This document shows positions 39,137-48,053 of a stretch of DNA of 64,000 nucleotides, one piece after another (position 1 is the stretch's first letter; every line of letters begins with the position of its first letter). Both the position numbers and the translations under genes were made by a program. The stretch covers positions 8,453 to 72,452 of the forward strand of contig JBAXEI010000004.1 of NCBI GenBank assembly GCA_037140515.1, written 5' to 3'. The DNA comes from Candidatus Berkelbacteria bacterium. GTDB lineage: Bacteria > Patescibacteriota > UBA1384 > XYA2-FULL-43-10 > 1-14-0-10-43-13. The notes beneath the pieces were generated by a model. That model was not told where the DNA came from. It saw nothing but the letters and a program-made list of their open reading frames with translations, and made no database searches.

Positions 39137-39664
39137 ATGCAATTGACACAACTTCCAAGCGTGGATGTCTTCATCGGGCTCTTTTTTCTACTAGGCACTG
39201 CCTACGCTTTTATTCTCCAGCGAGAGAAAACGATCACGACACTTTGCTCGGTATATATCGGGCTTGTCGTTGCAACTCAATTTTCTGAATCTTTATTCAA
39301 ATTTTTCAACGGCAACGCTTTTCTCATGAATCAGATTTGGGTAAAGAGTAACATCTCTAGCTCCACGATTGCGATCGGTCTTTTCTTCCTAACCATTATT
39401 ATGGTCTCCGCCTCGATAAATTCTAAATCGAAAAGATCAGATGAAATCTCGATCATTGAAGTCTTGGTCTATAGCGGCCTCATGGTTGCCTTGATCTTAT
39501 CTTCAGTGCTTGATTTTTTGCCAGAGGCACTCAGAAATCACTATATCGAGGTCTCAGTCGCCGCAAAATATTTGAATAATTTTGGGACTTTCTTTGTCGT
39601 CTTGCCACCAGTCATGTTTGTGCTCCTTGGTCGCAAGAAAAAAGAACGTTCATATAGCAGATAA
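39137..39664 (+). CDS. Hypothetical polytopic membrane protein, CvpA-like
   Basis: 175 aa, about 5 hydrophobic helices, GGAGG RBS. Confidence 0.7.
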   Translation: MQLTQLPSVDVFIGLFFLLGTAYAFILQREKTITTLCSVYIGLVVATQFSESLFKFFNGNAFLMNQIWVKSNISSSTIAIGLFFLTIIMVSASINSKSKRSDEISIIEVLVYSGLMVALILSSVLDFLPEALRNHYIEVSVAAKYLNNFGTFFVVLPPVMFVLLGRKKKERSYSR

Positions 39665-39673
39665 GGAATTAAT

Positions 39674-40012
39674 ATGATTTTCTTGCGTTGGATCTTGAAT
39701 ACACTAGTATTGTTGATGGTCGCCTATATTGTGCCCGGTGTTAGCTTCACTGGCTTCTGGGCGGCGCTTATCACCTCTGTAGTACTTGGATTATTGAATG
39801 CCCTTATCCGCCCCCTAATACTGCTACTAACGCTACCAATCAACCTGCTCACCCTTGGAATTTTTACCCTTGTGATCAACGGCTTTATGTTCTGGCTTGC
39901 CAGCAATATTGTCAAAGGCTTCGATATTTCAAACTTCGCTGCCGCCTTTTGGGGCGCCGTTGTTTACGCCGGGATCACGATGATAATCAATTATTTTTTA
40001 GAGAAAAAATAA
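39674..40012 (+). CDS. YvlD / 4-TM phage-holin-family membrane protein
   Basis: LGLLNALIRPLILLLTLPINLLTLG-F-LVING motif. Confidence 0.9.
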   Translation: MIFLRWILNTLVLLMVAYIVPGVSFTGFWAALITSVVLGLLNALIRPLILLLTLPINLLTLGIFTLVINGFMFWLASNIVKGFDISNFAAAFWGAVVYAGITMIINYFLEKK

Positions 40013-40026
40013 AATTAGTATAGGAA

Positions 40027-40055
40027 TTGACTTTTTACCGATTTTTCGGTACTAT
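40027..40055 (+). promoter_or_regulatory. tRNA-Lys promoter
   Basis: TTGACT-17 nt-TACTAT. Confidence 0.6.
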
Positions 40056-40083
40056 TTTCAGAGTAATCTTATCTGATTCATGT

Positions 40084-40158
40084 GGGCCGTTAGCTCAATG
40101 GTAGAGCAGTGGCCTTTTAAGCCATTGGTTCTGGGTTCGATCCCCAGGCGGCCCACCA
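40084..40158 (+). tRNA. tRNA-Lys(TTT)
   Basis: GGGCCGT...GTGGC-CTTTTAA-GCCAT...GTTCGAT...GCGGCCCACCA. Confidence 0.97.
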
Positions 40159-40190
40159 AAAAAAGTTTCCAAATATTGGAAACTTTTTTT
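40158..40190 (+). terminator. Terminator after tRNA-Lys
   Basis: AAAAAAAGTTTCCAA-ata-TTGGAAACTTTTTTT. Confidence 0.75.
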
Positions 40191-40263
40191 GTAGAGTCGT
40201 CTGGGGATGGGGTCGGGAAACGGGATTTTTTTGTGAATATTCTAACGAAAATTTTGCAATTGA

Positions 40264-40473
40264 TTAGTTCTGGACCCACTCAACATTTTTGAACTGATGT
40301 TTCGTAGCAATCAAGATAATATCGATAATATACCAAATTCCGAAGCCACCACCAGTGATAAGCTTCAAAATGCCCAAACCAACTTGTCCCATGATGAATC
40401 TGTCAACTCCGATAGTACCAAAGAAAATCGACATCAAAAGAGCCAAGACCCAATTAACCTTCTTCTTTTCCAC
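40264..40473 (-). CDS. TM2-domain protein
   Basis: FG-IGVDRF-MG-GLGILKLIT-GGFGIW-IDIILI; GTG start with GGAGG RBS. Confidence 0.88.
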   Translation of the reverse strand: MEKKKVNWVLALLMSIFFGTIGVDRFIMGQVGLGILKLITGGGFGIWYIIDIILIATKHQFKNVEWVQN

Positions 40474-40547
40474 TTTGCCTCCACTAATTATTGATATACA
40501 GATATTGTATAAACTTCCACCACCCAGTGTCAACAGTTCGCTTCTAT

Positions 40548-40587
40548 AAAAAATCCTCCGATCAGATTGAGCAGAGGGATTTTTTTT
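40548..40587 (-). terminator. Terminator after lepA
   Basis: AAAAAATCCTC...GAGGGATTTTTTT inverted repeat. Confidence 0.6.
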
Positions 40588-42373
40588 ATTCGTTTCTTAG
40601 CACTTTGATGAAGACATCTGATGGCACTTCCACTCGGCCGATCGATTTCATCTTCTTCTTGCCCTTTTTCTGCTTATCTAAGAGTTTATTTTTTCGTGTG
40701 ATATCACCGCCATACAGACCAACAATCACGTCTTTGCGATATGGGGAGATCTTCTCTGATGCGACTACTTTTGCCCCGATCGCTGCCTGAATCTTGATCT
40801 CAAAATTTTGTCTTGGGATTAGTTCCTTCAATCTTTCGGTGATGCGGCGGCCCTCGGTCATAGTCTTGGATTTATGAGTAATGAAGCTAAGCGCATCAAC
40901 CTTGTCTAGGTTGATAAGAATATCAACTTTTTCCAAGTCTGAAGAGCGATATCCAGTTGGCTCATAGCTCATCGAAGCATATCCCTTGGAAACACTTTTT
41001 AGCTGATCGTATAGATCAATAATAACCTCAGCAAGAGGGATATCGTAACGAATAATTGCTCGAGATTCATCTAAGTATTCAATATTTTTGTACTCAGCTC
41101 TTTTCTTCTGGACCGCTTCCATACATGAGCCGACATAATCTTTTGGCGTAAATATTTCGAGCGAAACCCAAGGCTCAGAAACTTCACGATAGGTGCCAGG
41201 CTCAGGCAGGTCCCCTGGTTTCTCGATCTCGACAACTTCGCCGCCAAGCTTAACGACTTTGTAACGCACGGATGGACTAGAGATAACAAGCGAAAGATTG
41301 TACTCACGCTCTAGTCGCTCACGGACGATATCTAAGTGCAGAAGTCCAAGAAAGCCACAACGAAAGCCGAAGCCAAGCGCGTCAGAGCGCTCAGGCTCAA
41401 AGGCGAGAGAAGCGTCATTCATTTTCAACTTTTCAATCGCCTCTTTTAGCTCTGGATAGTCATCGCCGTCTGTACAGTATATAGAGGCAAAAACAGATGG
41501 AGCGATTTGTTTGTAGCCAGGCAAAGGGGACTCGGCTGGTTGTGATTTTGAGGTGATAGTATCACCAACGCGAGCCTCAGCAACACTGCGAAAACCTGTA
41601 ATGATGTAGCCAATTTCGCCAGTAAGAAGGGGAGTATGAGGAAAATATTTTGGCTTGAAGTAGCCAGTTTCGATGATTTCGCCATCGCTTTTTGTTTGCA
41701 TTAGAAAAAACTTTTCATTTTTCTGGACCTGCCCATCGACGATACGGACAAAAGCAACGACGCCACGATATGGGTCATAAACAGAGTCAAAGATGAGGGC
41801 CTTCAAACGATTGTCGGTCCCCCCTTGCGGACATGGAACTTTTTCGATTATAGCATCTAGGATTTCAGCGACGCCCTCCCCTGTCTTGCCAGAGGCAAAA
41901 AGAATGTCCTCGCGTTTGCAGCCAACGACTTTCATAATTTCTTCGGATACTTCCTCTGGTCGGGCGGCAGGGAGATCGATCTTGTTGACCACAGGAATGA
42001 TTGCAAGGTTGTTTTCGATAGCAGAATATAAGACGGAGAGTGTCTGCGCCTCGATGCCCTGAGAGGCATCCACGAGCAAAATAGCACCCTCGACAGCGGC
42101 TAGAGAACGCGAGACTTCGTACTGAAAATCGACATGGCCAGGAGTGTCAATCAAATTCAAAACTTGACCCTTCCAGTCCATCCGTACTGGGGCCAATTTG
42201 ATCGTAATACCACGCTCACGCTCAAGATCCATTGTGTCCAAAAGCTGCTCTTTCATAAGCCTTTTTTCGACAGTACCAGTGATCTCAAGCATTCGGTCAG
42301 CCAAAGTCGACTTACCGTGATCGATATGAGCGATAATACAAAAATTTCTGATTGTGTTTATATGATTTTCCAT
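40586..42373 (-). CDS. lepA: Elongation factor 4
   Basis: IRNFCIIAHIDHGKSTLADR, ERERGITIK, GFRCGFLGLLH, YGGDITRK-KLL-KQK-GKKKMK. Confidence 0.99.
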   Translation of the reverse strand: MENHINTIRNFCIIAHIDHGKSTLADRMLEITGTVEKRLMKEQLLDTMDLERERGITIKLAPVRMDWKGQVLNLIDTPGHVDFQYEVSRSLAAVEGAILLVDASQGIEAQTLSVLYSAIENNLAIIPVVNKIDLPAARPEEVSEEIMKVVGCKREDILFASGKTGEGVAEILDAIIEKVPCPQGGTDNRLKALIFDSVYDPYRGVVAFVRIVDGQVQKNEKFFLMQTKSDGEIIETGYFKPKYFPHTPLLTGEIGYIITGFRSVAEARVGDTITSKSQPAESPLPGYKQIAPSVFASIYCTDGDDYPELKEAIEKLKMNDASLAFEPERSDALGFGFRCGFLGLLHLDIVRERLEREYNLSLVISSPSVRYKVVKLGGEVVEIEKPGDLPEPGTYREVSEPWVSLEIFTPKDYVGSCMEAVQKKRAEYKNIEYLDESRAIIRYDIPLAEVIIDLYDQLKSVSKGYASMSYEPTGYRSSDLEKVDILINLDKVDALSFITHKSKTMTEGRRITERLKELIPRQNFEIKIQAAIGAKVVASEKISPYRKDVIVGLYGGDITRKNKLLDKQKKGKKKMKSIGRVEVPSDVFIKVLRNE

Positions 42374-42421
42374 CAAGAGCAATATACCAGATCCGAGAGC
42401 AAAAAACTACTCTCCTTAATA

Positions 42422-42546
42422 TGTCATCCTTGGGGAGGACGAGCTGCTACATATTTAATTTAACAGAAAAGCGAGCCATAACCCGAGGATCCAGAATACA
42501 ATTCAGAATAAGGCTTCCTGGATTCCCGATCGGGTCGGGAATGACA
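42422..42546. repeat. REP-like double-hairpin element, copy 3, with a 47-nt loop insert
   Basis: TGTCATCCTTGGG-(47 nt)-CCCGAGGATCCAGAATACAATT...GCTTCCTGGATTCCCGATCGGGTCGGGAATGACA. Confidence 0.85.
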
Positions 42547-42558
42547 GAGGGAAGGGCT

Positions 42559-43386
42559 CTACTTCCTTCCAAAAAGTGCAGAGAGAAAACCATTTTCCTT
42601 ATGATGACGCTTCAGAGCTTTCAAAAATTCTGCGGCGTGAGCCTCGGCATAGTCTTCACCAATCGCTCGTATCTCTACCATTTTTGTAAAATGAAACCAG
42701 CTAAATGTTTCGACAGGTGGTGTGAAAACGTAATCACATTTCTTCATCTCATAACGCGCAAGTTCTTTTTGCATTATATCGATCGAGCGAAGCGTTGAGA
42801 GCAGTCGTCCTGGCTCTTTACCCTCCACATCAAATTTATCCATCACTTCAATGTTATAGAGAGACGAACCGATAATGAAATCCATGCCCTTTTTGCGCAG
42901 TATTCCCGCAGGAAGATTACGACTAATACCCCCGTCAATCAAGCTTTTACCGTCAATATCTTGAGCAGGAAATGCACCAGGAAAAGCAGAGGAAGCCATA
43001 AGAGCGCTGACAAGGTCACCACTTTCTAGGTAAACAGGATTGCCTTCAGCAAAGTGCGTTGCTACACAAACAAAATTGATATTTAGATCATAAAATTTTT
43101 CAGGCAAATGTTTTTGTAGTGTTGTGCGAATAGTTTCAAAAGTTTTATCAGGAAGACCGCCGAAGATCAGATTGGCACGAGAAAACACGCCTTGTTTCTC
43201 AAGATCGGCAAGAAATGCTTCAATTCGGGCGACGCCGCCAGCCGCAAAAAGTGCACCGATGATCGCCCCAGCAGAAGTCCCTGAGATATATTTGATCGGA
43301 ATTTTCTCTTTCTCGATCATCTTTAGTACACCAATATGAGCTACACCGAGTACTCCACCACCAGAGAGGGCTAGACCGATTTTCAT
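42559..43386 (-). CDS. Patatin-like phospholipase
   Basis: LALSGGG, GTSAG, DGG; start re-set to MKIG. Confidence 0.93.
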   Translation of the reverse strand: MKIGLALSGGGVLGVAHIGVLKMIEKEKIPIKYISGTSAGAIIGALFAAGGVARIEAFLADLEKQGVFSRANLIFGGLPDKTFETIRTTLQKHLPEKFYDLNINFVCVATHFAEGNPVYLESGDLVSALMASSAFPGAFPAQDIDGKSLIDGGISRNLPAGILRKKGMDFIIGSSLYNIEVMDKFDVEGKEPGRLLSTLRSIDIMQKELARYEMKKCDYVFTPPVETFSWFHFTKMVEIRAIGEDYAEAHAAEFLKALKRHHKENGFLSALFGRK

Positions 43387-44219
43387 TTTACCTCCATACT
43401 TTTCAAAAGCTTGATCTCCTCTGCCCAAGTCGATGATTCCTGTGGAGTTTCGAGAATGCCAAAGCAGTGTTGCAGTTTTGGATGATTGATTATGAAGCGA
43501 AATGTTTCAAGGCCAATCTCCCCTTTGCCCAGATCTGCATGCCGATCACGCTTCGAGTCTAGGACTGTTTTCGAATCATTTAGATGGAAGCCAACAAGCT
43601 TATCGATCCCAATCAGTTGATCAAATTTCTCCACAAATTCATCTACCTGTTTCTCTGTGCGAAGATCGTAGCCGGATTCAAAGGCATGAGCTGTATCGAT
43701 GAGAACTCGAACTCGAGGTGAATCAACCGCTTTCATAACTAATAAAATTTCTTCGAGTGTATCTCCTATAATATTGCCAGCGCCTGCGGAGTTTTCGATG
43801 ATAAATAGTGTTTTCTCGTCTGTAGCGGCAAGCACTTGCTTCACTGCTTCAGCAACTTTCACGAGAACCTCGCTCATCTCCTTGCCCTTTGTCGAGCCAA
43901 GATGCATATTGGCACCAAGCGCGCCGAGCTTTGTGGCTTTGTTCATATCGTCGATCAGAGATTTGATTGACTGTTCATAGAAAAACGGGTTTTCGCTCGC
44001 AAGATTAACCAAATAAATACTATGAATAATCACCGGCGAGATTTTCGCTTTTTCATTTAGCTCCAAATATCTCTTGATCTCACTTTCTGGGATTTCGGTC
44101 GGATTCCAACGTTGCGGAGCATTTGCAAAAATCTGCATACACTCACAGCCAATACTCTCTGCACGCGTGATCGCGTCAGAAAATGGTTTTGCAGTCGAAA
44201 TATGTGCGCCAATTTTCAT
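43383..44219 (-). CDS. nfo: Endonuclease IV
   Basis: IGAHIS, QIF, HSIYLVNLAS, ENSAGAG, DTAHAF, HLNDSK, DRHADLG-G-IG, LETP. Confidence 0.95.
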   Translation of the reverse strand: MKIGAHISTAKPFSDAITRAESIGCECMQIFANAPQRWNPTEIPESEIKRYLELNEKAKISPVIIHSIYLVNLASENPFFYEQSIKSLIDDMNKATKLGALGANMHLGSTKGKEMSEVLVKVAEAVKQVLAATDEKTLFIIENSAGAGNIIGDTLEEILLVMKAVDSPRVRVLIDTAHAFESGYDLRTEKQVDEFVEKFDQLIGIDKLVGFHLNDSKTVLDSKRDRHADLGKGEIGLETFRFIINHPKLQHCFGILETPQESSTWAEEIKLLKSMEVK

Positions 44220-44731
44220 TAGTTTCCCTTCTTCATCCACGCCGCGACATTACCCACTCGATTGTCTTGCGGTTGAATAATATTCATTGGACTTGCTGTC
44301 AGTTTTTTATCGAAATATTCACCAAACAGCTGGGGATAATAATACTCAGCAAAGTCATCTACAGTCAAAGATTCCGCTTCCTCAGCACCCATCCAATGAA
44401 ATTCTGAGGCTTCGGTTTCTTCATCAATTTTTCCATCACCGCTATGCTCTGCCAAGAATACTAGATGAAAAACATTCTTCTCTGGCATCAAGATATCAAG
44501 AACTTTTACCAATCCCTTCAGCTCTACTTCTAGCCCGATTTCGGTCTGAATTTTTCTTTTCAACCCTTCTTCGATTGTCTCGTTAAGAAACAATTTTCCG
44601 CCTGGCAGGCTCAATCTATTGGGCATCCACTCGTTTGTAGCCGGCTCTCTGAGAAGCAAGAGCTTGTCATTTTTATAAACTAAAATTTTTACAGCAACAA
44701 TAGTTTGATAATCATAACGCTCGTTTTTCAT
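44219..44731 (-). CDS. NUDIX hydrolase
   Basis: LPGGKL-NETIEEGLKRKIQTEIGL, a Nudix box with the REUXEE part altered. Confidence 0.8.
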   Translation of the reverse strand: MKNERYDYQTIVAVKILVYKNDKLLLLREPATNEWMPNRLSLPGGKLFLNETIEEGLKRKIQTEIGLEVELKGLVKVLDILMPEKNVFHLVFLAEHSGDGKIDEETEASEFHWMGAEEAESLTVDDFAEYYYPQLFGEYFDKKLTASPMNIIQPQDNRVGNVAAWMKKGN

Positions 44732-44753
44732 GGCTTCCTTAAGTCTAATATTA

Positions 44754-45167
44754 TTAACTTATCTTTGATAAATCACCGTTGATTATTGTAGGCTTCATCG
44801 CTTCAATCTCTGACTTATAGTAGTCAATTTCAGGGATTGGATTGATGAGAAAAATTTTCTGATCAAGCACGTGGGCAAAACCGATCTCCAAAAAAGTATT
44901 GCCGCCAATATAATTTTTTATATTCTTTCGATCATAATTTGCAACCAAGACAGCGTCAGCTCCCTGCATCGCGCGCCAAAATTCACGAATCGCATCCTGA
45001 TCATTTTTTTGCATTATTTTGATAACTTCCTTCTCTTCGTCAGATTTACCGACGAAAGGAGCTGCCAAGCTCGTGACGAATGCATCGTGGCCAAGAGCTA
45101 GAAGTTGATCGCGAAGATCTATCATTTTTTCGGTCAATTGCATGCTTCCGATGACGCCTATTTTCAT
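44754..45167 (-). CDS. Nucleoside 2-deoxyribosyltransferase-like protein
   Basis: IGSM, ADAVLVAN, YIGGNTFLEIGFA-VL-KIF. Confidence 0.65.
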   Translation of the reverse strand: MKIGVIGSMQLTEKMIDLRDQLLALGHDAFVTSLAAPFVGKSDEEKEVIKIMQKNDQDAIREFWRAMQGADAVLVANYDRKNIKNYIGGNTFLEIGFAHVLDQKIFLINPIPEIDYYKSEIEAMKPTIINGDLSKIS

Positions 45168-45808
45168 TCTATCTCCTTAATTTTACTTGGTTCACGGAAC
45201 TGACCAAATTCTACACTCAAATTTTCTAAATCCATTATAGCATAGAAACCGCTTTCTAGAGGAGCAAGCTTCACGATCTTAGTCGTGCCAAGATAAGCTA
45301 CACCCCAAGTGTGATGAATATGCCCACAAATATGCACTTTTGGTACGTCTGAGAGCTTCTTGCTGGTTGGTGAATAATTATCAAATTTTTGATAATTATG
45401 CGCTCCTGGTGGTGGCACATGAGAAACAAATATTGTACCAGCGATCTTCTTTCGATCGATCATCGTTTCTCCACTGTATTGACCAGCCCACGAAGCAGGC
45501 GAGCCACCAACGCCTGTAAACTTCTGGCCTTCGAAATCAACAATCTTCCCTTCTAGAGAAGGAAATTTTGCTTTTAGACGAAAAAAGCCCATGCCGAAAT
45601 CGTTATTCCCTGGCACCCACAAAAGCGCAACATTTAGGCGATCAAGCACACCAAGAAATTGCTGTGCGAAGCCAACGGGCTCACCCATATTTAAAAGATC
45701 ACCAGCAAAGATAATTGCACCAATTTCTGGATGATCATGAATATAATCTTCCATATTTGCGAGCTGTTTGTAGTTCGTATGGAGATCAGAAAATACAAAG
45801 GCTTTCAT
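45164..45808 (-). CDS. Calcineurin-like metallophosphoesterase
   Basis: SDLH, AGDL, PGNND, SHVPP, CGHIH. Confidence 0.9.
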   Translation of the reverse strand: MKAFVFSDLHTNYKQLANMEDYIHDHPEIGAIIFAGDLLNMGEPVGFAQQFLGVLDRLNVALLWVPGNNDFGMGFFRLKAKFPSLEGKIVDFEGQKFTGVGGSPASWAGQYSGETMIDRKKIAGTIFVSHVPPPGAHNYQKFDNYSPTSKKLSDVPKVHICGHIHHTWGVAYLGTTKIVKLAPLESGFYAIMDLENLSVEFGQFREPSKIKEIE

Positions 45809-45829
45809 GTATTGTCTCCAAAATTATTC

Positions 45830-46465
45830 TTAATTTACCGGTACTTCTGCTGCGACTTTTTCACCTTCGATACGCAGAAAACCTTGCATAGAGTAAACAT
45901 TAGTCAGTTTGAGATGAGCATTTTTTGGCAATAAGTTTGCAAAAATATAATCAATTTTTGGAGTAATCAGGTCAGTCACCTTTGGTGGCGCTTGTACACC
46001 AGACGCTTCAATTTTTATAATATCGAAGGAGACGGCATCGTCCTTTATTATTGGTTTCAAAGTGATTTTGACAGTCATGAAATCCCATATCTTGTCGGTC
46101 ATTTTACCTTCGACTTCAACACCAGCGGGAACTATTTTCAAACTAGCCTTTTTTAGCGGGAAAGATGATTTTGTTACAGCAGCGGCCTCAGCAAGCTGCT
46201 CTTCTGTAACTTTCATCTCAACTTTGTTGCTAGCAGAATCAGAGTTTGCCTTATCGTTGAACATTGAGCGCAGATCAACCTTTTGGACCTTGATACCTAT
46301 TTCATACCAATCAGCCAAAGGTGAGAAATTGCTATAGCGAAACCAGATCATGAAAGTAACAAAAATTAGGAATAAAAAAGCCATATATCCAAGCACCGCT
46401 CCGACTGAGATTGTCTTCTTAGGGCCGGCAACAATCTGCGAATTCTGATCGCTATTTCTGGTCAT
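45830..46465 (-). CDS. Hypothetical membrane-anchored protein, possibly a lipid-binding TULIP/DUF2140-like fold
   Basis: Single TM then beta-rich domain (VTEEQL...VEVEG...LKPII...LRIEG). Confidence 0.6.
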   Translation of the reverse strand: MTRNSDQNSQIVAGPKKTISVGAVLGYMAFLFLIFVTFMIWFRYSNFSPLADWYEIGIKVQKVDLRSMFNDKANSDSASNKVEMKVTEEQLAEAAAVTKSSFPLKKASLKIVPAGVEVEGKMTDKIWDFMTVKITLKPIIKDDAVSFDIIKIEASGVQAPPKVTDLITPKIDYIFANLLPKNAHLKLTNVYSMQGFLRIEGEKVAAEVPVN

Positions 46466-48053
46466 TTATTTTCCTTGTTAATGCCCACCTCATCTCCTTG
46501 ATGTCAAATAAGAAGCCAAGTAGGAAAAATACTATTAATCCGAGGAGAAGAGATATGGAGGCTTGCGAAAGAATTCCCCAAAAACGTGTCATATCGAAAT
46601 AGCCTGCGAAGATTTGATTCGATTGACGGATAACGACGCCCATAAGTAACGAAATCATCATGATCTTTAGATATGAAATCAAAAGATCATGATCAAGGAG
46701 TCCCTTATACTGCTTTCGAAGATAGTAGATTAGCGCACCGACATTGAAAAAACTGCCAATAGAAAACGCAAGAGCAAGGCCGGCAACCGAAAGTGCGACT
46801 CGCGTATCGCCTATCACGATAGTAGTTCTCGCAAGAGGTAAGGCAATAACGATACTGACTATGACCGTCGCAATAGAAACGTACATCGGCGTCTTGGTGT
46901 CTTTGAGAGCGTAAAAGGCTCGAGAAAGTAAAGGAATCAAACCTTGAGCCAAAATAGACAAAGAAAATGCCCCAAGAGTAAGTGCCGTCATCGTCGTATC
47001 ATCCCAGCTAAATTTACCAGATCCAAGGATTAGGCGGACAATATGAGCACGTAAAAGAAAAATGATAACTGTGGATGGAATTAACAAAAAGCCAATCGCA
47101 CGCAAAGCTTTATTCAAATACGCCGAAAATTCTTTGTCTTTACCCTCGGCAATTTTGGAGGCGAGGGTCGGGAAAATCGCTGTGGCGAAGGAGGTGCCAA
47201 GGACAACAATCGGTACAGTCTGAATGTTGTTGGAGAGATTGAAAGCTGTGATTGATCCGGCTGCCATGGCTGAAGCAAGTGCGGTATATACAATAAGCAT
47301 TACCTGGCTCGAGCCCATGCTGATCGTGCGAGGAATCATCAGCTTGATAATCTTCTTGATAGTAATGTCGGAGAACGAGATTACAGGCGCCCAGCGATAA
47401 CCAAGCCTCATTGCCGGAATGATCTGGACGAGAAGATGGAGAACAGAACCAGCAACTACCATATAGATAACCCCAGATAAACCGTATCGCGGTGCCAAGA
47501 CGGCAGCCCCGATGATAATGGCTAGGTTGTAGAAAAGAGGTGCCAACGAATATGCCAAGAATCTCTTGTAACAATTTAATATTCCACCAGTAATGTAGGA
47601 AAGAGAGAAAAATATCGGCGTCAGCATTAGGATACGAGAGTATTTGACGGCGTCTGCCATTCTCGCCATATCAAAGCTTGGTACAATCAGCTTCATCAAA
47701 TATGGCATTGTGAAGAATAAAATGATAGCAGAGACGACCATAAAAAGAAGAGAAATATTCACGAGGATATTTGCAACTCGAAAGCCCTCTTTCTCCTTTT
47801 TTTTCGCAATAAAGTCGGCGAAGACAGGGATAAAAGCTGAAGTGATCGCACCGAGAATAAGAAGATTGAAGATGAGGTCAGGAATTCGGAAGGCGGCATA
47901 ATAAACATCCAGGTCGGAGGTAGCAATATTTTTTGTGAGATATCTGTCACGAAGTAGGCCAAGAAGATTGCTGATTGCGAGAGTCACAATCAGAACAATA
48001 CTAGCGGCACGTACCGAATTTTCGGCAGATAGTTTGACAAAAAATTTCTTCAT
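46452..48053 (-). CDS. murJ: Lipid II flippase MurJ
   Basis: SNLLGLLRD, AAFRIPD, AFIPVF, RAFYALKDTKTP. Confidence 0.95.
   Translation of the reverse strand: MKKFFVKLSAENSVRAASIVLIVTLAISNLLGLLRDRYLTKNIATSDLDVYYAAFRIPDLIFNLLILGAITSAFIPVFADFIAKKKEKEGFRVANILVNISLLFMVVSAIILFFTMPYLMKLIVPSFDMARMADAVKYSRILMLTPIFFSLSYITGGILNCYKRFLAYSLAPLFYNLAIIIGAAVLAPRYGLSGVIYMVVAGSVLHLLVQIIPAMRLGYRWAPVISFSDITIKKIIKLMIPRTISMGSSQVMLIVYTALASAMAAGSITAFNLSNNIQTVPIVVLGTSFATAIFPTLASKIAEGKDKEFSAYLNKALRAIGFLLIPSTVIIFLLRAHIVRLILGSGKFSWDDTTMTALTLGAFSLSILAQGLIPLLSRAFYALKDTKTPMYVSIATVIVSIVIALPLARTTIVIGDTRVALSVAGLALAFSIGSFFNVGALIYYLRKQYKGLLDHDLLISYLKIMMISLLMGVVIRQSNQIFAGYFDMTRFWGILSQASISLLLGLIVFFLLGFLFDIKEMRWALTRKINDQK

Noticed and set aside
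39674-40012. Holin-family gene as prophage evidence
   Set aside because: YvlD-type genes are common chromosomal genes, and no endolysin, capsid or integrase genes are present.
42352-42798. ORFs crossing palindromic repeats (also 63056..63256 and 30897..31142)
   Set aside because: They run through repeat elements and mostly antisense to real genes, with no recognisable motifs.
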